A stretch of DNA of 32,000 bases from Synechococcus sp. A15-28 (lineage in GTDB: Bacteria; Cyanobacteriota; Cyanobacteriia; PCC-6307; Cyanobiaceae), in assembly GCF_014280175.1 (NCBI RefSeq), contig NZ_CP047931.1:1560001-1592000 (forward strand), read 5' to 3'. The notes beneath the pieces were generated by a model that saw nothing but the letters and a program-made list of their open reading frames with translations, searched no databases and was not told the origin of the DNA. This document shows positions 9,665 through 19,687 of the stretch, in pieces. The position numbers and the translations under genes are program-made. Positions within the stretch are counted from its first letter, which is position 1; the number at the start of each line of letters is the position of its first letter.

Positions 9665-10538
9665 GCCGATGCAATCCGGGGACGATGCCCTGAGGGTGTC
9701 GGTGCTGAGTGAAGCGCTGCCGTACATCCAGAGGTTCTCTGGGCGCCGCATCGTGATCAAGTACGGCGGTGCAGCCATGGCCCATGCCGAACTGCGCGAG
9801 GCGGTGTTCCGGGATCTCGCCCTGCTGGCCTGTGTCGGAGTGCAGCCGGTGGTGGTGCATGGAGGTGGCCCGGAAATCAACCAATGGCTCAAACGCCTGG
9901 AGATCCCTGCCGAATTTCGCGACGGCCTGCGGGTCACCGATGCCGACACGATGGATGTGGTGGAGATGGTGCTGGTCGGGCGGGTCAACAAGCAGATCGT
10001 CAACGGACTCAACCAGCTCGGAACGCGGGCCGTCGGCCTGAGCGGCAGCGACGGCAGGTTGGTGGAGGCACGCCCTTGGGGCGACGGCAGCCATGGGTTG
10101 GTGGGTGATGTGGCCCGCGTCAACCCGGATGTGCTGGAGCCTCTGCTGGAACGCGGCTACGTGCCGGTGATCTCCAGCGTTGCCGCCACCCCGGATGACG
10201 GCCGCGCTCACAACATCAACGCCGACACCGTGGCCGGCGAGCTGGCGGCAGCTCTCGAGGCCGAGAAGTTGATCCTGCTCACCGACACCCCTGGGATCCT
10301 GAAGGATCGGGACGATCCAGATTCTCTGATCCGTAAGTTGCGCCTCTCGGAGGCCCGTCAACTCATCGATGATGGTGTGGTGGCCGGTGGGATGACCCCG
10401 AAGACCGAGTGCTGCATTCGGGCCCTCGCACAAGGCGTTTCAGCAGCTCACATCGTCGATGGACGGGTGCCCCATGCTCTGCTGCTGGAGGTGTTCACCG
10501 ACGCCGGCATCGGCACGATGGTGGTGGGACGCGGCTGA
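9657..10538 (+). CDS. argB: Acetylglutamate kinase
   Basis: 293 aa. [32 protein letters not shown]. Confidence 0.95.
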   Translation: MPEPMQSGDDALRVSVLSEALPYIQRFSGRRIVIKYGGAAMAHAELREAVFRDLALLACVGVQPVVVHGGGPEINQWLKRLEIPAEFRDGLRVTDADTMDVVEMVLVGRVNKQIVNGLNQLGTRAVGLSGSDGRLVEARPWGDGSHGLVGDVARVNPDVLEPLLERGYVPVISSVAATPDDGRAHNINADTVAGELAAALEAEKLILLTDTPGILKDRDDPDSLIRKLRLSEARQLIDDGVVAGGMTPKTECCIRALAQGVSAAHIVDGRVPHALLLEVFTDAGIGTMVVGRG

Positions 10539-10541
10539 AGC

Positions 10542-11612
10542 GTGAACGAGCAACAGGCTCCGCTGGACCTCACGGCCGCTGAAACCGCACTGGAACGCGG
10601 CGACTACGGCCAGTGCCTGGAGCTGTTGACCCCGTTGGCGGAAGCACGGCCCCTACCGGATCCCGAGGGGGCCAGAGTCCGGCTGTTGATGGTCACGGCC
10701 CTGATGGGTCGGGGGCAGGACCAGGAGGCCCTCACCATCTGTCAGCTGCTGAGCCGTTCCGGTGAACCACAGCTCCGCCAGCAGGCCCGCCAGTTGCTGA
10801 CAATCCTCGAAGCCCCCTCGTTGGACCGTCCGGAGCGGTGGTCCATGCGGCTTCCGCCCCTATCGATCCAGGCCAGTGGCGACGCCGCGCCGCTGCCGGC
10901 CCGACGACGTCACTCGCGCAAACCGCCGCCGCCACCGCCGCCGCCACCGCCGCCGCCCACAGGCCCCACCCAGGCTCCAGCCCTGGGGTTCGCCGTCCTG
11001 GTCACCGCCGTGCTGCTGGCCCTGACCGTGGTTCTCAGCGGTTGCGTTCATATGCAGGCCGACCTCACCAGCCCAGCACCGGATCGCCTGCAGCTCACCT
11101 GGGAGATCCAGAGCAGCACAGACCAACTCCTTCCCTGGCAGCAACGGTTTGAAAAGAAGCTGGAGCCGCTCCGGTCCGATCTGACGCTGGACCATCCCCA
11201 TCCAGGGGCTCAGCGGATCACCACCGCAGCCCTGCCATCGGCGACCTTCCGATCAACTCTTATCCAGGCCCTTGCACTCTTGAGCAACAGTGCCGGGATT
11301 GACCTGCCTCCCCCTCAGATCCGGCTGATCGAGCGCAACTGGCTTGTCGGAGTACAGCAGCGATTGAGCCTGCGCCTGGATCTCGATCAACTGCCTGAGC
11401 TGCCTGGCTTTGATCTGGCCCTTGAACTGAACCAAGGGCAAGTGAGCCAAACCCTTCATGGGGGGGAGTCCATCGACCTTGAGGTCAGAAGCTGGCGTTG
11501 GAACCCTCTGGGCCTGGGCAGCCTTGTGGTGGCGGTTCTGCTGCTGCTGAGTCTTCTGCTGCAGGGGGTTCGACGCCGTCTCGGATTCGGGTTCCCGGAA
11601 CTCCCCTCCTGA
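10542..11612 (+). CDS. Hypothetical protein with a TPR-like N-terminus, poly-proline tract and two TM segments
   Basis: 356 aa, GTG start 4 nt after argB. Run of 12 Pro, then TM helix FAVLVTAVLLALTVVL and C-terminal TM LGSLVVAVLLLLSLLL. Confidence 0.65.
   Translation: MNEQQAPLDLTAAETALERGDYGQCLELLTPLAEARPLPDPEGARVRLLMVTALMGRGQDQEALTICQLLSRSGEPQLRQQARQLLTILEAPSLDRPERWSMRLPPLSIQASGDAAPLPARRRHSRKPPPPPPPPPPPPTGPTQAPALGFAVLVTAVLLALTVVLSGCVHMQADLTSPAPDRLQLTWEIQSSTDQLLPWQQRFEKKLEPLRSDLTLDHPHPGAQRITTAALPSATFRSTLIQALALLSNSAGIDLPPPQIRLIERNWLVGVQQRLSLRLDLDQLPELPGFDLALELNQGQVSQTLHGGESIDLEVRSWRWNPLGLGSLVVAVLLLLSLLLQGVRRRLGFGFPELPS
10923..10958 (+). repeat. (CCG/CCA)12 trinucleotide tract encoding Pro12
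   Basis: ccgccgccgccaccgccgccgccaccgccgccgccc read directly from the sequence. Confidence 0.95.
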
Positions 11613-11613
11613 C

Positions 11614-13857
11614 CTACAACTCCAGCGGATCAGGGTCCACAGCAAGAGCCACACCGCGGGGAAGTTCGTCCCAGAGGGTCTGTCCAGGGGGAAGCGGCAG
11701 TGCGGAGCCCACCGGACCATGGAGCAGCAACTGCCAACGGCTGCGCCTAGCCACCCGTGCCACCGGGGCTGGCGCCGGCCCCAGCAACCACCAGCCACGG
11801 TCGCGACAGAGAGGTCGAACCCGCTCCGCCAGAACCGATGCGGCCGTGGCTGTGGCGCTGGCGGACTCACCGGACAACCGCAGCAGACAGGCGCGGCTGA
11901 ATGGAACCAGCCCCGCCTCCCGCCGCAACTGCTCCTCCTGGGCCAGGAAATCTTCGTAGCGGCCATCCACCAGGTGGCGAATCACTGGATGGTCCGGGCA
12001 GTAGGTCTGCACCAGCACCTGACCGGGGCGTTCCCCCCGCCCGGCGCGACCCGCCAGCTGCATCAGCAATTGCAGAGCCTGCTCGGAGGCCCGTAAATCG
12101 GGCCGGTGCAACAGGCCATCGGCTGCCAGCACCGCCGCCAGCGTCACCTGGGGAAGGTCCATGCCCTTGGCCAGCATCTGGGTTCCGATCAACACATCCG
12201 CCTCGCCGGAGGCAAAGCGATCCAGCAAGCGTCGGTGCCCATCACGGCCGCCGGTGGAGTCCCGGTCGAAGCGAAGCAACCGCAGCCCGTCCAATTCCCC
12301 AGCGAGCAACTCCATGACCCTCTGGGTTCCAGCGCCAAAGGGTTTGAAGGCGGTGGATCCGCAATGGGAGCAGCGGTTGCCGATGTCATCCCGGTGATCA
12401 CACCAGTGACACCGCAGCCACTCACGACCGCCGGAACCGCGATGGACCGTGAGCGCCACATCACAGTTGGGGCACATCACCACCTCCCCGCAGCTGCGGC
12501 ACCCCAGAAACGGGCTGTAGCCCCGTCTCGGCACCAGAATCACCGCCTGTTCCCCCTTCTCCGGCAGCGCCGCCAACCGCTCCATCAGCGGACGACTGAT
12601 CAGTCGACGGTGGCCATCGGCAAGCTCATGCCGCATGTCCACCACATGGACCGGAGGAAGGGACTGCTGGGAGATCCGCTGGGTCAACCGCCCCAGATGC
12701 AATGGCCCATCGGGACGAAGTTGCACCCAGCTGTCCAGGGATGGGGTGGCGCTGCCCAGCACCAGACGCCCACCATCAGCACCGATCCGATCGAAGGCCA
12801 GATCCCTGGCGTGATAACAGGGCATCGGGGCATCCTGCTTGTAGGAACTGTCGTGTTCCTCATCCAGCACCACCAACCCCAGCGGCGTCAGTGGAATGAA
12901 CACCGCGGAGCGCGTTCCCACCACCAGCAACGGCTGATCGGGCTCCAGGCAGCGGCGCCACACCTGGAGGCGCTCCCGATCACGACATCCGCTGTGATAT
13001 TCGAGAACCCTGGAGCCGAAGCGGCGCCGACACCGATCCACCAACTGCGGAATCAGGCCGATCTCTGGGGTGAGCATCAGCACGTGACGGCCGGCCGCCA
13101 ACTCCTGCTCCGCCAACTGCAGGTACACCTCCGTCTTGCCGGAACCGGTGATGCCCCAGAGCAGCATCCCCTCTCCATCGGGAACGGCCTTGAAGCACTG
13201 CATCACCTGCTCCTGCTCGCGGGTGAGGGGCCTGGCGGCCTCCAGCGGAGTGGTGGATGACGGGCCTGCGGACTGGATGCGCCGCTCCCGGCGAACCCAG
13301 CCCTTCGTTTCCAGGGAACGGACCATCGCGGGGCTGAACCCCGATGCTTCCAACGAGCGCTGCCACAGTCCTGCCCCTGCGGCATCGAGCGCACCGAGAA
13401 GATCCTGCTGACGGGGAGTGAGGCTGGGAGTGGGCTCAGGAGGCTGCACCCGCTCCACCCACAACAGGGCACGCCCCTCCGAAAGGGAGCGAGCCTGGCC
13501 CAGCCAACCGGGGGGAAGGGCCGCTTTCAGCGTCCGGAACACGCTGAGATGACAGCGCTCAGCCACACCCTCAAGCCAGAGGCGCCACCGAGGGTCCACA
13601 GCCGCCCGCTGAATGAGACGCTCCACCGCCTGCACCTTGCCGGGCACCGTGGAATCCGGAGCTGGAGTGCGCTGGGAGACCACCAGTCCATGCAGAGGTC
13701 GGCCCCTCAACCGCACCCGCACCAGATCGCCCGCCTTCAATCCAAGGGTCTGATCGGCGCTGTAGGTGAACGTGCTGCCTTCACGCCCAGCCTCGAGCCA
13801 GACCTCAACGAGGTCAAACGGCGCGTCAGCTGGGTTGCAAAGGCCTGAAAACTTCAT
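11614..13857 (-). CDS. priA: Primosomal replication restart helicase PriA
   Basis: GITGSGKTEVYL Walker A, LDEEHDSSYKQ, and Cys-rich zinc region CRSCGEVVMCPNCDVALTVH...CHWCDH...CSHCGS. The longest ORF runs to 14007. I prefer the ATG at 13857, because the sequence upstream is AT-richer and looks intergenic. Confidence 0.85.
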   Translation of the reverse strand: MKFSGLCNPADAPFDLVEVWLEAGREGSTFTYSADQTLGLKAGDLVRVRLRGRPLHGLVVSQRTPAPDSTVPGKVQAVERLIQRAAVDPRWRLWLEGVAERCHLSVFRTLKAALPPGWLGQARSLSEGRALLWVERVQPPEPTPSLTPRQQDLLGALDAAGAGLWQRSLEASGFSPAMVRSLETKGWVRRERRIQSAGPSSTTPLEAARPLTREQEQVMQCFKAVPDGEGMLLWGITGSGKTEVYLQLAEQELAAGRHVLMLTPEIGLIPQLVDRCRRRFGSRVLEYHSGCRDRERLQVWRRCLEPDQPLLVVGTRSAVFIPLTPLGLVVLDEEHDSSYKQDAPMPCYHARDLAFDRIGADGGRLVLGSATPSLDSWVQLRPDGPLHLGRLTQRISQQSLPPVHVVDMRHELADGHRRLISRPLMERLAALPEKGEQAVILVPRRGYSPFLGCRSCGEVVMCPNCDVALTVHRGSGGREWLRCHWCDHRDDIGNRCSHCGSTAFKPFGAGTQRVMELLAGELDGLRLLRFDRDSTGGRDGHRRLLDRFASGEADVLIGTQMLAKGMDLPQVTLAAVLAADGLLHRPDLRASEQALQLLMQLAGRAGRGERPGQVLVQTYCPDHPVIRHLVDGRYEDFLAQEEQLRREAGLVPFSRACLLRLSGESASATATAASVLAERVRPLCRDRGWWLLGPAPAPVARVARRSRWQLLLHGPVGSALPLPPGQTLWDELPRGVALAVDPDPLEL

Positions 13858-14096
13858 TAAGGTGAGAATGTTGACTATGTATTGGTCAACACTGCGCTCG
13901 ATCCAGAGGGAAGACACGCAGTCTGAAGTCAGGGCCATGGTCCTGCCACTTCGACCGGTCTGAGACCACCCCGGACGGCACAGAACCCTGATCCAAGAGA
14001 CCACCAACGGTCACCGCCACAGTTTTCCATTGATCACCAGCGACATTCTTCAACGCGGCTCTGCCGTTGAGATCTGAGTTGCTTGGACGTCGTCAG

Positions 14097-14122
14097 GGTC
14101 TTCCTTCCCATGAAGGAAGACC
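14097..14122 (+). promoter_or_regulatory. Perfect 11-bp stem / 4-nt loop hairpin in the rpoD leader
   Basis: GGTCTTCCTTC-ccat-GAAGGAAGACC, ending 50 nt upstream of the preferred rpoD ATG. Confidence 0.6.
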
Positions 14123-14172
14123 TCGGTCATGGGTGCTGTTCTCCGTCTTCTCGTCTTCTCGCGTCATTGACC

Positions 14173-15575
<1,403 letters not shown>

Positions 15576-15576
<1 letters not shown>

Positions 15577-15600
15577 GAGCTGGCTGAGCCTCAGGGCTCC
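15576..15600 (+). terminator. Palindromic GC-rich element directly after the rpoD stop
   Basis: GGAGC-tgg-CTGAG-c-CTCAG-g-GCTCC. No U-tail. Confidence 0.3.
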
Positions 15601-15769
15601 ATTCCCGGCAGCAACTTGACCAGCAGCCAGACGCAGAGAATGATCGCCACCAGCACGTAAGCCTCGTTCACTGCACCACCCCGGGAGGCCCCAGTCTGGC
15701 AAGAATTCCCCCATCACATAAGTACAACTGCACCTATCGGGGCTGCCCTCGCCGCCGTATAAGAGTGAA

Positions 15770-15834
15770 GAGGGAATTGAGACGCCCTCCTCACACGGAA
15801 GAGATCAAACCCTGGCGCAAACCGGGGTTTTTTT
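15770..15834 (+). ncRNA. yfr1: Yfr1-like small RNA
   Basis: CCUCCUCACAC at 15786-15796 matches 10 of 11 positions of the cyanobacterial Yfr1 core ACUCCUCACAC. A 5' stem GAGGG/CCCUC precedes it. A 9-bp terminator stem (AAACCCUGG/CCGGGGUUU, 15807-15830) with a U7 tail follows. TATAAG at 15758-15763 is a -10 candidate. The 5' end is inferred. Confidence 0.6.
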
Positions 15835-15883
15835 CTGAATGGCTATGCGGTCATTCACTGAGCAGAGCAACTCCAACCGGTGT

Positions 15884-16333
15884 TCACTCCTCGAAATTCT
15901 CCGTGAACTCCTGAAAGGCCCGCTTGAGCCGCTCCACCGGTGTTTCTTCCAAGGGGCATTCCTGGGAGGTCTGGGTTGCGTAAGCCTGCAGGAGCATCCC
16001 GTCGGGTTCGAGAACCGATGCCACAGCATGTTTGAACAACACCACGTTGCTCTGAGGAGTGAGTCCGCTGAGGAAGGGGGCCAACGTGAAGCCTTCGGTG
16101 GCGCCTTCCTTCCCTTGCACCCGCCGGGGACGGATCAACTGATAAGCGGGCTGACCATCACTGTCGGTCGTGGTGCGCAACCGTGCCATCAGCAGATCAC
16201 CACTGCTCAACAGCAGCAAACGGATCGTGCCCTCCGCCATCAGGGGCAGCCGGGGCTCTTCCGGGGAACCATCGGATAATGAGGAACTGGACAACGTGGA
16301 TTGGCGTACACCGTTCACAACTGGACCTGGCAT
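15884..16333 (-). CDS. Conserved hypothetical protein
   Basis: 149-aa ORF with host-like codon bias. Alternative start at the ATG at 16240 (MAEGTIRLLLL...). No motif recognised. Confidence 0.5.
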   Translation of the reverse strand: MPGPVVNGVRQSTLSSSSLSDGSPEEPRLPLMAEGTIRLLLLSSGDLLMARLRTTTDSDGQPAYQLIRPRRVQGKEGATEGFTLAPFLSGLTPQSNVVLFKHAVASVLEPDGMLLQAYATQTSQECPLEETPVERLKRAFQEFTENFEE

Positions 16334-16459
16334 ACGTCAAAGGGTTAGAGGTGACAATGTTACGCACTATTCACAGAGCCTTGATCCACCGCAGCTGCTT
16401 CACATTCACGGTGTGGGAGACCTTGAGTCCGTAGTCTGGGCGGCTGATTCGCCCGCTTC

Positions 16460-17413
16460 ATGGCTCTCACCGAACTGCGCATCGCCTCACGACGCAGCCA
16501 GCTGGCCATGGTGCAGACCAACTGGGTCAAGTCGGAACTGGAGAAGGCCCATCCGGGCTTGAAGATCACTGTTGAGGCCATGGCCACCCAGGGCGACAAG
16601 ATCCTGGATGTCGCCCTGGCCAAGATCGGCGACAAGGGCCTGTTCACCAAGGAACTGGAAGTCCAGATGCTGGTGGATCGTGCAGACATCGCCGTCCACT
16701 CCCTCAAGGATCTCCCAACCAACCTTCCCGAAGGCCTGATGCTCGGCTGCATCACCGAACGGGAAGACCCCGCTGACGCGCTGGTGGTGAATGCCAAGAA
16801 TCAGGCCTACAAACTCGAGACGCTTCCCGAAGGAGCGGTGGTGGGAACCAGTTCCCTGCGCCGCCTGGCACAGCTCCGGCACCACTACCCGCACCTGATC
16901 TTCAAGGACGTGCGGGGCAATGTGATCACCCGACTGGAGAAATTGGACCGCGGCGATTACGACTGCCTGATCCTGGCCGCCGCTGGACTCGGCCGCCTTG
17001 GCTTCGCCGATCGGATTCACCAACTGATCCCTGGCGACATCTCCCTGCACGCCGTTGGACAGGGAGCCCTTGGGATTGAATGCGTGGAGGGCAAGCCTGA
17101 AGTACTGGAGGCGATCAAAGTGCTGGAGCACAGCACCACCTCCCGTCGCTGTCTGGCGGAACGTGCCTTCCTGCGGGAGCTGGAGGGCGGTTGCCAGGTG
17201 CCGATCGGCGTCAACAGCCAGATCAACAACGATGAGCTCGTCCTCACGGGGATGGTGGCCAGCCTCGATGGCAAGCGTCTGATCCGTGATCAAGCCAGTG
17301 GTGCTGCAAATGAGCCCGAGTCCATCGGTATCGAACTGGCCGGCAAGCTCAAGCAGCAGGGCGCAGGGGCCATCCTGAAGGAAATCTTCGACGAGGTCCG
17401 CCCTGAAGCCTGA
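16460..17413 (+). CDS. hemC: Porphobilinogen deaminase (hydroxymethylbilane synthase)
   Basis: 317 aa. [39 protein letters not shown]. Confidence 0.95.
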   Translation: MALTELRIASRRSQLAMVQTNWVKSELEKAHPGLKITVEAMATQGDKILDVALAKIGDKGLFTKELEVQMLVDRADIAVHSLKDLPTNLPEGLMLGCITEREDPADALVVNAKNQAYKLETLPEGAVVGTSSLRRLAQLRHHYPHLIFKDVRGNVITRLEKLDRGDYDCLILAAAGLGRLGFADRIHQLIPGDISLHAVGQGALGIECVEGKPEVLEAIKVLEHSTTSRRCLAERAFLRELEGGCQVPIGVNSQINNDELVLTGMVASLDGKRLIRDQASGAANEPESIGIELAGKLKQQGAGAILKEIFDEVRPEA

Positions 17414-17911
17414 TCAGCCCTGAATCTGCAGCGGTGTCCCCACCTCAACAACATCAAAGAGTTCACGGATGTGGGCGTTGAGCATGCGCACACATCCGAG
17501 GCTGACCGCCGCCCTGGTCCTGACCCAATGGGGCCAGGGTGTGCCGTGAATCCCGAATTCACCGCGATCACCGCGATGGAAACCGAGGTAGCGATCGCCG
17601 ATCGGGCTTGACGGTCCCACCAGCTTGCGGGGTTTTCCCCCCTTGGTGGAAAGGTACACGGGGTTGGTCTGCTTCGAGAGGATGGAAAAGGTCCCCTTGG
17701 GTTTCGGCGTCCGGGGATCGCCGATGGCGACAGGCCATGGCCCCCAGCGCTGCCCTGCTCGGACCACCGTGATCTGTCGCTGCTCTAGATCGAGCACGAT
17801 CCTGGTGTCGGATGGCTTCCGCAGAGCCAGCTCCTGGGCCGCCACGGGCGCCATCAAGCCCGCGGAGGCGACCATTCCTGCAACAACAGCAGCAGCAGAG
17901 ATCCGCTTCAA
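17414..17911 (-). CDS. Secreted L,D-transpeptidase (YkuD/ErfK family)
   Basis: 165 aa. Signal peptide ending APVAAQE. Catalytic IHGT...SLGCVRM motif. Confidence 0.8.
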   Translation of the reverse strand: MKRISAAAVVAGMVASAGLMAPVAAQELALRKPSDTRIVLDLEQRQITVVRAGQRWGPWPVAIGDPRTPKPKGTFSILSKQTNPVYLSTKGGKPRKLVGPSSPIGDRYLGFHRGDRGEFGIHGTPWPHWVRTRAAVSLGCVRMLNAHIRELFDVVEVGTPLQIQG

Positions 17912-18061
17912 GACTCATGAGACCCGCTTGTCTCAAGCTATGCAGACTCGAGTGGAAAATCAGCACAAAAGCTGTTTTAGCGGCGTTTTTAAGATTTTCT
18001 CCGGCCTGACCGACAAGACGACTGAGACAGGTCCACCGGTTGATCCTTTTACGCTCATGCC

Positions 18062-18952
18062 ATGACCTCCCTGGCAGATCCCACCTCAGCCGGCAGCCCG
18101 CACCTGCCTCGATTGCTGAGCGGCACAGAACGCGAGGCAGCCATGGAACGGCTGAGCGTGGAGTTCGCCGCCCTGAGCAGCAGCAAACGCGCTTTCCTGC
18201 GGGCAGCCTGGATTCTGCAACGCCAGGGGGTCCTGGTGGTGCGTCATGTCGTGCCCCCAGAGCCCCTGAAAGCCATCAACGCCGAGGTGAATCAACTGCT
18301 GGCGCAGTTGGACGCGGGGAAAACCAAACAGCTGGCCTCCAAGGCCATCCTCAACCTGCCGAACAAGCGACGGATCAAGGGCTACGAGAACTTCGTGGAT
18401 GCTGAACAAGCCGTCATCAACCACCGGGTGAACAGCCCGGATGGCCGCAGCGGCAGCGATGCCGGCATGGTGGACATCTTTCATCCGGAGCGCCTCAGTG
18501 AGGCCATGGCGGAATGGGTGACGACCTGCCTGCACGAGTGCCTGATCAGCCGACTGCTGCTGGCCTCATCGCTGCTGCCGATGCGGGTGAAGTGCCGCAA
18601 CCTCTACATCAACCGCGGCGTGCGGGACACCCGGGGTTACCACTGCGACGGCCGATCGCAGAAGTTCAAGTCCTTCGTCTTCCTGACGGACGTTCGGGAC
18701 CTCAGCGATGGACCCTACTGCTACGTCCCTGTCACGCACCGGGATCGACGTTCCTGGAAACGCAGCAGCCAGTTCAATGAAGCCAATGGCCTCAACCGGC
18801 ATGAATACAGCCAACTGCAGGGGCTTGATGCTTTGCCGCTGTTGGCAAAGGCCGGAGACATGGTGATCTCCAGCCAACGGGGTGCCCATCGCGGCCATCC
18901 CCAACAGCCTCAGGCCAAACGGGCAGTGCTGGTGAACATGTACCAGCGCTAG
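18062..18952 (+). CDS. Fe(II)/2-oxoglutarate-dependent dioxygenase, PhyH-like
   Basis: 296 aa. YHCDG (HxD) and a distal GAHRGH histidine with spacing compatible with a PhyH-type facial triad. Family-level call only. Confidence 0.55.
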   Translation: MTSLADPTSAGSPHLPRLLSGTEREAAMERLSVEFAALSSSKRAFLRAAWILQRQGVLVVRHVVPPEPLKAINAEVNQLLAQLDAGKTKQLASKAILNLPNKRRIKGYENFVDAEQAVINHRVNSPDGRSGSDAGMVDIFHPERLSEAMAEWVTTCLHECLISRLLLASSLLPMRVKCRNLYINRGVRDTRGYHCDGRSQKFKSFVFLTDVRDLSDGPYCYVPVTHRDRRSWKRSSQFNEANGLNRHEYSQLQGLDALPLLAKAGDMVISSQRGAHRGHPQQPQAKRAVLVNMYQR

Positions 18953-18975
18953 AGGCGGGGACCCTCAGTGGTGGA

Positions 18976-19563
18976 TCATTCCACCAGCTTGGAGTCGATC
19001 TCAGCCATGTAGCGCGCTTCGCAGCCTTTGATGATCTCCACCGCCTTCTCCGTGCCGAAGAATCCATTCACGCTGCAGGTGCCGGGCTTCTTGAGGTCCT
19101 TGTAGTGCTCCCAGTAGTAGGTGGTTTCCTTCTTCCAGTGCTCGCCGAGGTCTTCGAAACTCTTGATGTGATCCATCCGCTTGTCGTCGGCAAGCACGGC
19201 GATCACCTTGTCATCCACATCACCACCATCGTCGAAGGTCATCACGCCGATGATGCGAGCTTCAACGATGGAGCCGGGAACCAATGGCTCAGTGACGTTG
19301 ACGATTTCAATGTCGAGGGGGTCGCCGTCTTCATCCCAGGTGCGGGGAATGCAGCCGTAGGCGAAGGGGTAAGCCAGGGAGGAATAACCGACACGATCCA
19401 GCTTCAGATGGCCGGTTTCCGTGATCAGCTCGTACTTGTTGATCGTGTTGGAGTTGAGCTCCACGATCGTGTTGAGGCGAAGTTCGGCTTCATCAGCGAA
19501 GGCCGGCAGCACATGCAGCAGGTTGGGCATGCTGCGGCTTGGAGCTTTATCGAGGTTGGCCAT
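18976..19563 (-). CDS. ppa: Inorganic pyrophosphatase (canonical family I)
   Basis: 195 aa. NKYE, the DGDPLDI signature, DDGGDVDDKVIAV and HYKDLKK are all intact. Confidence 0.9.
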   Translation of the reverse strand: MANLDKAPSRSMPNLLHVLPAFADEAELRLNTIVELNSNTINKYELITETGHLKLDRVGYSSLAYPFAYGCIPRTWDEDGDPLDIEIVNVTEPLVPGSIVEARIIGVMTFDDGGDVDDKVIAVLADDKRMDHIKSFEDLGEHWKKETTYYWEHYKDLKKPGTCSVNGFFGTEKAVEIIKGCEARYMAEIDSKLVE

Positions 19564-19687
19564 TGATGGCGGACGACAGCGCCGGGATCCTACGGGCAGC
19601 CCGACCGATCCCTGGAGCGAGACCGCTATGGCACGAAATCTTCAATATAAATTCACTTAATTAACCCGATATCGTGCCGGCCATGGA

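Noticed and set aside
9284-10433. 279-aa and 331-aa minus-strand ORFs across the DUF-like gene and argB
   Set aside because: Antisense to argB, which has unambiguous motifs. Biased R/P-rich composition.
12106-13260. 384-aa plus-strand ORF inside priA
   Set aside because: Antisense shadow of priA. No motifs.
13858-14172. Longest-ORF N-terminal extensions of priA (to 14007) and rpoD (from 14083)
   Set aside because: The extensions run through AT-richer spacer containing a palindrome and an 11-bp hairpin. Their translations look non-protein-like. Internal ATGs at 13857 and 14173 give sensible N-termini.
15591-15671. 26-codon GTG-initiated minus-strand ORF encoding a hydrophobic peptide (VNEAYVLVAIILCVWLLVKLLPGMEP), convergent with rpoD
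   Set aside because: It is too short, has a non-ATG start and matches no photosystem or cytochrome small subunit I can name. It is left as unresolved and not called.
19630-19678. GGCACGA...TCGTGCC 7-bp inverted repeat with a 35-nt AT-rich spacer between the M32 gene stop and the ppa start
   Set aside because: The loop is too large for a terminator. It may be a promoter or operator for ppa, but I cannot tie it to a known box such as Pho or NtcA.
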